Assembly (NCBI RefSeq): GCF_000143415.4
Contig: NW_003314352.1
Location: forward strand, 426,278 to 490,277
DNA length: 64,000 nucleotides
Source: Selaginella moellendorffii
Taxonomy: Eukaryota; Plantae; Lycopodiophyta
Direction: 5' to 3'
Part shown: positions 33,301-43,667 of the stretch, piece by piece
Position numbering within the stretch: the stretch's first letter is position 1
How the letters are laid out: each line of letters opens with the position of its first letter
The notes under the pieces: generated by a model
Seen by the model: the letters and a program-made list of their open reading frames with translations, nothing else
What the model was told of the DNA's origin: nothing
The model's database searches: none
Translations under genes and position numbers: made by a program

Positions 33301-36049
33301 CGTTCTCACATTAGGCTATTGCTGTTGTAAATGATCTAATCATCTTTATAATAGTAGTGTGAAGGTGCTCATTTAAAGCATAAATTCAGAATTGCTACTC
33401 CCTTCTTTTATGTAATAATTCACCTTCTTAGCCTCTTCCAATACTAGACATTGAAAAGATAGTTTTAGAGATGAATTAAAGATTTCACAGGGTAGATATC
33501 AATATTTTAATTTGCCATCTATTCCTTTCATTTTACCTTTTACTCTTTCCCAACCTTTTTTAATTTTTCAACCTGATCCAACTTTTTATATTTTTAGTGT
33601 TTCTTCCTTATTTTCAATGTTTCCTTCTCATGGCACATTAATCATTTATGACTTTTATAATTCTCATTCTCGGTCTAATGTTGAGTTAAGTGTTTTCTGT
33701 CTTCCTCATACTAATTAAGATGTTAAACATATGCAAGAAGTTAATAATCTTGCTTTTGTTTATTTGGCAGAGTCTTTGATCAATTCTAGTGTTAAGTATT
33801 TCCTATTCCAAGGAGTCATTTTGGCTTGAGTTTAAAATTGAGTATATGTCCCCAATTGTGAGTGTTGTTAAAAGCCTTTGTTTTATCATTGTTGATAAAG
33901 AGTTTGTGTTCTCTTAAGAGTAAATTTTCTATTAATTCTCTTAGCTCAAGTGTTAAGTTGTATATTGAGGAGTGTGAATCTTTTATTTATATTGTGGTGG
34001 CTAAAGTATTTTATAATAAAAAACCCTTTATTTTCTATGTTTTGAGCACATTTATTTTTTTTCATCATTTTTGTTTTGACAGTAGCTAAAAATTCCTAGA
34101 TAGGAGTTTGGCCTCAATGATAAAATGGGGACAAATAGATATTGTAGTTGTGCTAGGATGAACAACATAGATTATGGAATAAAGACGAATATAGCAAGTT
34201 TGATTAAAACATTTAGCCCCAATTTAGTGAGGTTAAATATATGCAATAGTGAAGTGAGGCAGAACATAGATAGTGAAATAAGGATTAATGCAATAAATTT
34301 GAACAAAGTTGATACTTTAGAAGTGTTTTTTCTTTAAAGGGATAAAGAGGATATGGAAAATAAATAGAGTGAGTTCAACTTTTAATATGTGGTGTTAGAT
34401 AAAGATAATAGTCATAAATTTGAGTTAATAATAATCTTAGAAGATTGTCAATAAACAAACCTAAAGATGGGATATATTATTTACTACAATGAGGATTATA
34501 ATGGCTTTTAAAGTCTTTTGTTTTAGTTCGAAGTTATGCTTCAAGGTTGGTTTGAACATTTAGCAATTGCACATAGGGTTGAAATTGGTTCATCGGGAAT
34601 CTATAGTTAATTGATGTTTATGTTATAGCTTTGAATTTTTTTTAGTCATACTTATTAGCAATTACGTTGGTGGTTTTATAGAAAATTCAGATTCTTATAG
34701 TAGTCTATAATCACCTAATAGAAGCTTCAGATGTTCCATTTAATTTATCATCATCACCTTTTTATCTTCCAAAGGAGACAATAATGTAAGATATATATCT
34801 ATACATATAAAGCGATAGTGGGGAGGCTCACCGGCCGTTGGATCCCAGGCCCGGGCCAGGGTCGGTAGCCATGGTTGTGTGAGAAATTTTTCTGATGTTT
34901 GCTCTCAATCAATGTGAGGCGGCCAAGCTGTGTGGGGCGGGAGAAGAAGGCATAGCGACACATGTCACATGCAAGTGTCTTTCCTATCATCATCCAAACT
35001 TTTTTTGTTGAGATCTTTTAAATTTTCTTGCACAAATTGCCCAATGTGGAGCACCGCTGCTTTAGGGAAAGGGCAAGAGAGGGATGCGGTCGAATAAATG
35101 CCCAGTGAAGCTGTGGCTCCCGGATCTCCCAGGCAGAGATCTTCTACTCAGAGATCTCCCGCTCAATCGCCACCACAATCCCCGCAAGAACAGGCACCAG
35201 CAGCAGATCCGGAGCTACAGTCTCGCCACCGTCACTCCCAGCATGGAGGATCTCCACCGCTGCTTTAGGGAAAGGGCGTAGCTCTAGAGGAAAGCGAGTA
35301 AATGGCCAGTGAAACTGCAGCTCCCAGTCCCCGTGGGAACAGGTGCCAGCAGCAGATCTGGACCCGCGGGCTCTAGATCCAACGGGTCCAGTGGTCCACC
35401 CAGTGGCAGCAGTGGCGCCTCCACCAGCGACGACAGAGGTGTTGAGAAGAATGCCATGGAGGACGTTTTCTCTCTTTGTTATGGAGGGATGGACAAGGGG
35501 GGTGGTGTGATGACACTCAGTGGTTTTCAGCCTCCAAAAGACATGGTTTTTATGTTGTCTTGATCATACTTTCAAGGACATTTTTCTTCACATTCCTCTT
35601 AAGCATGGAAAGAACCAACACATCCTTAAGCTGTCTACTCTGGTGAATGCCACTAGCCCCGACCAATATTTCATTGCCCCTTCGGCATTATGAGCCTCAA
35701 TCAATGTAGTTACTCTTGAAGTGGAACATGAGTAAGTTGGGATATCTTACTCAGTGACTGACCAGATCGGACCATCTGTGACGGTCACATTTACCAAGGA
35801 ACTCTAGCTCGAAGCTTTATTCTTATTTATGCCTAGGAGTATATTTTGTTCTAAATATTTATATTATCAAGTTTTCAAGAATTAATTTTTGTAATCAATC
35901 TAACATTTTCTAGGCATAATTAAAGTGGAATACAATATTTTTGTTTTTGATACAATTCCAATTTAATTTTTAATATATTAAAAAATCAAAACAGTATTTT
36001 TCTACCTACACAACATATGCTAGGCAAGTGTTAGTTTATTATAATGTAG

Positions 36050-36218
36050 AACCGAGTGAATATTCTATATTCTACCACATCAACAGTAGGTCAAGACTGT
36101 GGTATTAGAAGTCAAGCAGTTCAAATGGATGTATGCAATCGACAAGAATAAAGATGACATCCACTACCTCAGTTCTTACCTACGCTAACATGGCAGAATA
36201 TAGAATATTCTCTTGGTT
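36050..36218. repeat. ~170-bp fold-back (MITE-like hairpin)
   Basis: aaccgagtgaatattctatattctacca pairs with tggcagaatatagaatattctcttggtt, and imperfect pairing continues inward. Confidence 0.75.
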
Positions 36219-36703
36219 TAAACTTAACCTCAAATTTTCCTTAACCTAAAAGATCAAGCTTTCCTTTTATCCTACCTTATTGAGCTTAAGATCCATCCAT
36301 TCCCTTTAAACACCATCATTGTTAACTTTGTGCGACAGAGAAAGACTCTCCCAGGCCTGGTGAGATTAACATCCATCCATTTTCTTCACACACCATCACC
36401 CTGATATCTCCACTAAATCTTATTTTATCCTCTAAAAATTCTTTTTTCCAGGATTCCACCTTCGATTGTTCTATAGATTCAATCCAATTGGCATTGCAAA
36501 AGGGAGGGAGGAGACTCAACTACCTTAGACAAATTCAATGAGAAGTGCCAAGAAGTACAAATGCCAAAAAGGAACAGTGATGAATATATCACTTAAGTGT
36601 CACATGGTTTCTTTAGGAACAATGGCAGTCCAATTTCAAATCCAAGGCCAAAGCAACTTCACCACCTTCACCACCACTGGATGTACTCACGACTCTAGGT
36701 GTT

Positions 36704-36882
36704 CCTTGACGTTTATGGCTAATCTCCTAAGTCCATGAAAGCAATTGTCAAGTCATCACATCTTGTCATCTCTCAAAGGCCATCCCATTCATTTTGGACT
36801 TAAACTCTTGTTATGACAAAGATGTGATGACACAATTGCTGGAACTTAGCCATGACGATGCTTGAAGGTGTAATCGTCAAGG
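36704..36882. repeat. Imperfect inverted repeat / hairpin
   Basis: gcaattgt..gtcatcacatcttgtcat pairs with atgacaaagatgtgatgac.acaattgc; outer blocks ccttgacg/cgtcaagg and atggctaa/ttagccat also pair. Confidence 0.65.
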
Positions 36883-37225
36883 CTTGGAATTATTCGCCAC
36901 ACACAAGTTTCATTAGTTCCACTATGTGACTTAGAAGAAGCGCAAACATCTGTATAGTGCCTATTGCCGTTTCAGAATCTAGTAAGGGCTCTGCCTTCCT
37001 GGGAGTGAATGAAACAAGGCCTTGCTCTTCTAGCATGTCTCACCTCACTACAATCGTGCTATCAATTCCCCATCCCTGTCCACTTCAGTCTTCAAAATAG
37101 AAACCTTGGTAGCCTCCAAAATCACTTCAAACCCAAAGTTTCGTTAATAATTGTTATATTCATTCTGAAGAAACTGTGGGATATCCCTTAGATTTTCCGC
37201 TAGACTCTATTAAGTGCTCTATTAG

Positions 37226-37232
<7 letters not shown>

Positions 37233-37309
<77 letters not shown>
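37233..37309. repeat. (AT)n microsatellite (shorter paralogue at ~59409-59447)
   Basis: Direct observation. Confidence 0.97.
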
Positions 37310-37319
<10 letters not shown>

Positions 37320-37599
37320 TATATATATTACTTTACCTAGGTAATACTATAGCATATAAACTATCTATTTAGGACTGAATCTAATCTATCCATTCTTGTA
37401 TATAAACAACAGTTTAACCCAATCAATATACCTATTCTATATCTTGAGCACTCACAATATAAATTTAAATTTATGAAAGAATTCATTAATTATGAGAATT
37501 AACATTTTAAAGTGTTAAAGTAATCTCTATATTTAGATAAATTTATATCATTGATGAGAAAATTGTAAATAGAGAATATTCAAGTATAGTTTTCAATTG

Positions 37600-38407
37600 C
37601 ATCTAAAGAGTTCCTAGTATGTGAGTTGGAGGAGAGACCAAACAATCAAGAGGGCTTCCTGCTACTGTACGCATGTCCTTCTCAATGTGGTGGAACTCAA
37701 CCTCACGTTGATATTGTGGTGGCAGACTTGAGGTTCTTGACTGGCAGCGTGCCTCAGCAGCATGGCTTGTGGTACTTCTGCACCTACACTCGATGGTCAG
37801 CTCAATGTTTAGCCTGGTCGCATAAGCCGCCATGATCTCGTGGGTCCACCGCCCAACCTGACGCTAGATCAAGTTGAGCTTGTCCGAGACGTTGAGCCTG
37901 TCCTTCTGGACACACGATCCGCGAAGTAGATCTTGGTGTTGTGAGGCTTCGTTGCCAGAGCCTTGCACCAGTAGAGAGTTGATTGAGTCTGGCACGCCGC
38001 CAGGAGCATCACCCATGCCCGGCTCGAAAGGCATGCTGTCCTCGGCCCGAGCAGCCCCTTCCGGCGCAGGATCTGCCAGGCAGTCGTAGTGAGCCAGCGC
38101 CGGGCTCATGCCATGATAGATGTTGGTGAAGTTAAAGACCTGCTGCATCTCAGGTGGATGACGCTTGATCACTTCCATCATTATCATCCAGTTCTCGCTG
38201 AGAGGAGAGTCCGAAAATGCGAGAGGAAAAGGAGAAACGCTAGCCTTTTCCTGTGCAGCTTCAATTTCCTGAGCCTAAAAGCAGGAATGAGAGATTGAGA
38301 AGAAGCCCCAAAACTCACCTCAATTAGAGCAGCTAAATTGCTCAGGAGCTTGTCCTTGACATTCAGGCAAGCACAATTTCTGCTATCTGTAATAGCTCAA
38401 ACAACAT
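37600..38407 (-). pseudogene. Inverted copy of the orphan tandem-exon gene with all repeat exons deleted
   Basis: Matches 59715-61342, but intron 2 is joined directly to the last exon at ~38213. Confidence 0.75.
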
Positions 38408-38657
38408 CTTGGAAAGAAAGAGAGAGAGCACTCGCTAGAAACAAGTAAACACCCAATAGTCTTTGCATGGAAAATGGCACTTGCGTAAAAGGTTATCCAA
38501 AAAAATTTAATTATAAAATTACTTTTAGTGTTGATGGATATCTAAATTATTATAGACTTGATAATGGCTGCATATTTCTAAAAATTGGGTGCTATATTGA
38601 TAATCATTGGGTAGTGCCTTATAATAAATACCTTTGTAAAAAAAATAATGCTCATAT

Positions 38658-38831
38658 TGCGAGTGCATGGAATATGGAAAGGGAATACAGAAATGTGCAT
38701 ATCAATTAACCCAAAAACCCTAGCTTATATACAGGAGCGAGTGGTCCGGATTGAAACCAATCCGACGGCTACCAAAATCCACTACGCTAATATTAGTATA
38801 CAGCATCGTAGCCGTACACTTGGCCCTCACA
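38658..38831 (-). repeat. 3' LTR of the gypsy element
   Basis: Direct repeat of 43494-43667; adjacent PPT. Confidence 0.97.
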
Positions 38832-38863
38832 TCATCCCCTCCTCTCGGAATAATGGAAGGCCG

Positions 38864-41800
38864 TCAGGGTTCTCTTGTAGATGGGCCGGGATCTGGAGGA
38901 ACGTCAGGAGGAGGCATCGGTGGATCTGTAGACGATATTAACTGCTCCTGATCCCTCTGTATGAAGCGTTTTAACCGCTGCACATGCACAATCTCCAGAG
39001 GATCGGCCTGCTGAACGTCATGCCGAACCTCATAAACTTGTGGTCCAACTTGCCGCAACACCCGATACGGTCCTTTCCACTGCGCAAGGAGCCCCTTAGA
39101 TAAACCACGTACCGTAAGATGGGGAAAACGGACTAACACCAAATCATCCACTTTGTACTCCGCTGGTGGACGATGATGGGAATTGTAGCGCCGTTGTTGT
39201 CCCACTTGTACGCGGCCTAAGTGTTCAGCAGACTCTGCTCGGACAAGTGGAAGAATGCTTGTCAAATATTGATCCCATGACCTAGCATCAGGAGCTCGTG
39301 GCAATCGCGAAGGTAAACCTAGCTCTGTTGGTAATATTGGATCATGACCATATAGAAGTTTATATGGTGAAGCACCAACAGAACTCTGCACCCCTGTGAC
39401 ATAAGCATACCGAAGAGACGGCAAATAACCATCCCAATCCGAATGTTGAAAGTTCACATACTTCGCAATCATCCCTTTGAATGTCCGAACGAGCCGTTCC
39501 ACCAGACCGTCTGATTGTGGATGATAAGCACTCGTAAAAGTGTGGCGTATCCCCAACCGAGATGTCAAAACATGAAATACCTCAGCCATAAATGCAGGAC
39601 CATTATCCGAAAGAATCCGTTCTGGACAAGAATGCTGGAACACCACTCGATTGAGGAGGAAGTATCCAACAGCAGTTGCAGAGGCACTAGCAAGAGCACC
39701 AACTTCCACCCAACGAGTCAAGTAGTCAGAAGCAATAATAACATACTCATTGCCAGCAGTCGATCGCGGAAAAGGTCCCATAAGATCAAACGCCACCAAC
39801 TCAAACGGACGAGAAACTGCAATTGACTCCAACCGTCCTTCCGCAGCACAAGGGGGAGTATTACGAGCTTGGCACCAAACGCAGCTACGCACATACCGGA
39901 TAATATCACCTCGCATCTCTGGCCAATAGAAAGATCTGCGCAACTTCTCGGTGACACGACGGTGTCCCATATGCCCACCTAGAATAGGAGAATCATGGTA
40001 GGCATGGAGAAACTGCGGAATAAACACCAAAGGCACCACCAGCCGTAAATGAGCATCAGGATCCGTCCCCACAAAATAAAGAAGGCCATCTTTAAGGCGA
40101 TATTGAGAATGTAAATGCCGAAAAGGCAAGTCATCAGCAAGTGATGCAGGATTCTCAAACCCATCTCGAAGCCTTCGAATCCACGGCTCAATCTTTTGAG
40201 CCTCGCGAACCTCATCCAGAGAAGGTAGATCTTGCTCTACGCCCTGTGGACATTGAACGTCAAGGACAGCAACCGCCGACGGCACAGAATCCTCATCTAG
40301 AAAATCCACAGATGCTGGAACAACAGGTTCGTCAGAAACATGAGAAGTGAGTGGAGAAGGAAGAGGAGCTCGAGAAAGGGCATCAGCATCAGCCATAGAA
40401 CTCCCTGGGCGATGAACAACATCGAAATCATATATCTGAAGCTTCAAAGCCCATCGAGCCGTACGACCAACCAGGTTCTTCCGCTTCAATAATGAAGTAA
40501 CAGCAGCATGGTCACCTTCAAGTAACGTCCGAGAACCATGTAGATAGGCATGAAGTTTCTCGAAACCCCAGACTGCTGCTAAACACTCCTTCTCCGTCGT
40601 GGAGTAGTTCATCTCCGCTGGTTGTAATGTACGGCTTATGTATGCAATGGGATGGCGCTGACCAGGCACACTCGAGCTCTCTTGCATCAACACACCTCCA
40701 AGACCAATGTCAGAAGCATCCACGCGCAAAATAAAAGGTCGAGTGTAGTCAGGATATGCCAAAACCAGAGGAGTCGTCAATAGCTCTTTGAGATTCATGA
40801 ACGCCCGCTCACAATCGGGAGACCAGATGAAAGATGACGTTGATGACTTCAGCAACGCTCGCAATGGTAAAGTGCGATCGGAAAGATGATCCACAAAACA
40901 ACCGAGATACTGCACCTTACCCAAAAAGCGCTGCACATCATTCACACACTTCGGAGTAGGGAACTTTAGAACAGCCACAAGTTTGTCAGGATCAACTTGC
41001 AAACCCTCACGAAAAATACGGTACCCAAGATAAGTTGTGTCCTTGGACCCAAACACGCACTTCGACCGCTTCAGCTTTAAACCAACGTCGCGTAGCCGAT
41101 CCAACACTTTACAAACATCACGAACATGCTCCTCCCACGTCCCCTCCGAGTGGATCAAGACATCATCAATGAAGTCAGCCATCACCTCCGGCATATCGCA
41201 AAGAACCTCGTCCATCATTCGCTGAAAAGTTGCTGGAGCATTGTTCAAACCAAACGGCATCACCAAAAACTCGTACAAACCAAATGGTGTACGAAAAGCA
41301 GTCTTAGGAATATCGTCTTCAGCCATCGGTACTTGCCAATACCCAGAAGCAAGATCTAGCTTGGTGAACCAACGACTTCGCCCCAGACGATCCAAGAGAT
41401 CAGCAGTGTGAGGAAGAGGGTACACGTCCGGGATCGTCACTTCATTTAACGGACGATAGTCGATGCAGAAACGAATACTCCCATCAGGCTTCGTCACAAG
41501 ATGAGGTTCACATGCCCAAGGACTCCGCGACTTCCGAATAACACCCTTCTCCAACATCTCCTTGACGTTTGCACGTAAAATCTTGATCTCCTTGGGTGAC
41601 CGACGACGAACAGGAACCTTGATTGGACGAGCATCCCCGGTTAGAATGGGATGACGTGTGGCAATCTTGGCCCCAGACGATAGGTCAAATTCAAAGAGAT
41701 CAGAATACTCCTTCATGAGATGGTCAACAGCTGCAACACAAAGATCATCGGAGGGATCGGAAAAGGGAAGAGCAGAACAAGATGGAAACACAAGAGGAAA

Positions 41801-42352
41801 TAATGGGGGAACAAAAGTAATGGAAGCAGAGGTAGAAGTAGAGGGACGAAGAGGTACAGAAGTGAGAGGAATGGATGAAACATAAAGAAGTATGAGACAA
41901 GGGGGAAAAGCCTCAAAGTCACACTTGGCATGATTGTGCTGCAACCAATCCATACCAAGAATGAGGTCAAAAGCTTGACTCGGCACCACCCGCAACGACT
42001 GCAACTCAAGCTCGAGATCGCCCACACGCACAACCAGGTCCGCCTCATCTCGTGCACATGCATGTGTACGGCCGTTGCCATAAAGAATGAAAACTGGATC
42101 CGCCGCACGACGCAAGTGTAGACGACAACGTGTGGCAACAGGTCGAGCAATAGAAGATAAACTCGAACCTGTATCAACCAACACGGAGAGAAGAATAGGA
42201 GACCTCTTGTTATAAAAACGAGCTTGGAAAGTAAACACTGGATGAACCGGTGCCGAGTGAACCCCTTGATGATACTCCCGAAAGAAAGATGGAGGGGTCA
42301 CTAACTTATTCGCGCAAGGTCCCTCCATTACTCGCGCGACTCCTCGTTTCCC
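38864..42352 (-). CDS. pol: Pol (protease-RT-RNase H-integrase), entered by -1 frameshift
   Basis: LVDTGSS; KLDLASGYWQ, MPFGL, FIDD; VDAS/EKE; HHCC zinc finger, DDE core and WKGPY. Confidence 0.95.
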   Translation of the reverse strand, partial: GKRGVARVMEGPCANKLVTPPSFFREYHQGVHSAPVHPVFTFQARFYNKRSPILLSVLVDTGSSLSSIARPVATRCRLHLRRAADPVFILYGNGRTHACARDEADLVVRVGDLELELQSLRVVPSQAFDLILGMDWLQHNHAKCDFEAFPPCLILLYVSSIPLTSVPLRPSTSTSASITFVPPLFPLVFPSCSALPFSDPSDDLCVAAVDHLMKEYSDLFEFDLSSGAKIATRHPILTGDARPIKVPVRRRSPKEIKILRANVKEMLEKGVIRKSRSPWACEPHLVTKPDGSIRFCIDYRPLNEVTIPDVYPLPHTADLLDRLGRSRWFTKLDLASGYWQVPMAEDDIPKTAFRTPFGLYEFLVMPFGLNNAPATFQRMMDEVLCDMPEVMADFIDDVLIHSEGTWEEHVRDVCKVLDRLRDVGLKLKRSKCVFGSKDTTYLGYRIFREGLQVDPDKLVAVLKFPTPKCVNDVQRFLGKVQYLGCFVDHLSDRTLPLRALLKSSTSSFIWSPDCERAFMNLKELLTTPLVLAYPDYTRPFILRVDASDIGLGGVLMQESSSVPGQRHPIAYISRTLQPAEMNYSTTEKECLAAVWGFEKLHAYLHGSRTLLEGDHAAVTSLLKRKNLVGRTARWALKLQIYDFDVVHRPGSSMADADALSRAPLPSPLTSHVSDEPVVPASVDFLDEDSVPSAVAVLDVQCPQGVEQDLPSLDEVREAQKIEPWIRRLRDGFENPASLADDLPFRHLHSQYRLKDGLLYFVGTDPDAHLRLVVPLVFIPQFLHAYHDSPILGGHMGHRRVTEKLRRSFYWPEMRGDIIRYVRSCVWCQARNTPPCAAEGRLESIAVSRPFELVAFDLMGPFPRSTAGNEYVIIASDYLTRWVEVGALASASATAVGYFLLNRVVFQHSCPERILSDNGPAFMAEVFHVLTSRLGIRHTFTSAYHPQSDGLVERLVRTFKGMIAKYVNFQHSDWDGYLPSLRYAYVTGVQSSVGASPYKLLYGHDPILPTELGLPSRLPRAPDARSWDQYLTSILPLVRAESAEHLGRVQVGQQRRYNSHHRPPAEYKVDDLVLVRFPHLTVRGLSKGLLAQWKGPYRVLRQVGPQVYEVRHDVQQADPLEIVHVQRLKRFIQRDQEQLISSTDPPMPPPDVPPDPGPSTREP
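42289..42352 (-). other. -1 programmed ribosomal frameshift signal (slippery heptamer plus H-type pseudoknot)
   Basis: G GGA AAC in the gag frame (42352-42346) and a 6-nt spacer. Stem 1 is UCGCGCGAG/CUUGCGCGA and stem 2 is AUGGAGGG/CCCUCCAU. Pol is in the -1 frame. Confidence 0.88.
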
Positions 42353-43260
42353 GAATGCACCTCGGTATCCAAACCTTCCACCGCAGCAGCACCAACGGGA
42401 CGTTGCTGACGCCAAGGTCTCCACCCAGGAAATGGAGGTCGCCAATCCGGAAAGCGCCGACAACGCCGATAAGTATGACCAACTTCATCACACGCCCAGC
42501 AACGAATGTCACGGCCACGACCACGTCCTCGCCCTTGTCCTTGGACTCGAGTAGCAGCAGCATCAACCTCCATGGGAACAGGACCATCACTCATAGGAAG
42601 TGGAGCTGAAGGACGTGTAGCAAGAAGTGGAAGAGGCGACGTCTCATAACGTTGTGCCAAGCGAAGAGCATCGTCAAGAGTGGCAGGAGCAAGTGCATGC
42701 ACAAGTCCGACAAGATCTTGACGAAGTGCTGGCCACAGCATTCCTAGCTTGATCCGCTCCGACATATTTGGCTCCGCACGAAGCAAAAGACTTCGGAAAC
42801 GAACGCCAAATTGCATCACCGACTCAGATGGCCCTTGGCGAAGACGATGCAATTGTTGGAAGGCATCATCACAATCGTCGGCGTGTCCGAAGGCGCGTTT
42901 GAAGACGTCCGGAAGAACACTCCAATCGCCACGAGTAGCTGCGCTCAATCCATTGTACCACTGCAATGCCGTCCCTTGAAGACATGTGGGGAACTCACGC
43001 AAACGTCGAGCATCATCCCAAGAATGATATGTGGCAATCACCATGAAGTGATCGAACCAATGGTACACATCATCCCCAGGATTCCCACGAAAGAACTCCG
43101 GCCGAACGCGAGGATTGGCACCAAAAGCAGGAGGAGTTGTACCATGTGCCGTGAACGCCGCCATCAACTGAGTTTGGTTGTTCAATTGCAAGCGCATAGC
43201 ATCAAGCAATTGAACCAACTGCTGCTCTAGAGTCAAAGGAGGAGATTGCGGATCGGCCAT
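42328..43260 (-). CDS. gag: Gag with CCHC zinc knuckle
   Basis: 310-aa ORF containing LQGTALQWY, LRQGPSESV and CWACDEVGHTYRRC. Confidence 0.95.
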   Translation of the reverse strand: MADPQSPPLTLEQQLVQLLDAMRLQLNNQTQLMAAFTAHGTTPPAFGANPRVRPEFFRGNPGDDVYHWFDHFMVIATYHSWDDARRLREFPTCLQGTALQWYNGLSAATRGDWSVLPDVFKRAFGHADDCDDAFQQLHRLRQGPSESVMQFGVRFRSLLLRAEPNMSERIKLGMLWPALRQDLVGLVHALAPATLDDALRLAQRYETSPLPLLATRPSAPLPMSDGPVPMEVDAAATRVQGQGRGRGRGRDIRCWACDEVGHTYRRCRRFPDWRPPFPGWRPWRQQRPVGAAAVEGLDTEVHSGNEESRE

Positions 43261-43493
43261 GAAAATGAATGAGAAAGAAAGAGCAAAAGAAGAGAAATGA
43301 CAAAAAGCTGGAAAGAAATGGTAGATCTAGACAATGCAAAAAGCTAGATCTAAACCAAAATCCTGAAAGGAAAGAACAAAAGAAAGGAAATGGAAAAAGC
43401 TAGATCTAGACAATGCAAAAGCTAGATCTAAACCGAAATCCCAAATCCAAGCACTCCCCAGGGACAATCAAAGGTGCCCCTCACCTCCACCAA

Positions 43494-43667
43494 TGCGAGT
43501 GCATGGAATATGGAAAGGGAATACAGAAATGTGCATATCAATTAACCCAAAAACCCTAGCTTATATACAGGAGCGAGTGGTCCGGATTGAAACCAATCCG
43601 ACGGCTACCAAAATCCACTACGCTAATATTAGTATACAGCATCGTAGCCGTACACTTGGCCATCACA
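43494..43667 (-). repeat. 5' LTR of the gypsy element
   Basis: Direct repeat of 38658-38831; adjacent PBS. Confidence 0.97.

Larger units (their letters stand above)
38658..43667 (-). mobile_element. Young intact 5,010-bp Ty3/gypsy LTR retrotransposon (non-chromovirus)
   Basis: 174-bp TG..CA LTRs with one mismatch and TSD ATAT (38654-38657, 43668-43671). PBS TGGTGGAGGTG, PPT GAGAGGAGGGGATGA, and uninterrupted gag and pol. Confidence 0.97.

Noticed and set aside
36813-36833. miR156/157/535-like sequence TGACAAAGATGTGATGACAC
   Set aside because: Too many differences from the conserved mature sequences to call.
42353-42463. Independent start for the 1199-aa Pol ORF
   Set aside because: Non-ATG start inside gag; the frameshift signal explains Pol expression.
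43473-43492. tRNA gene fragment
   Set aside because: It is the retroelement primer-binding site, not a tRNA gene; no tRNA or rRNA genes were seen in the window.
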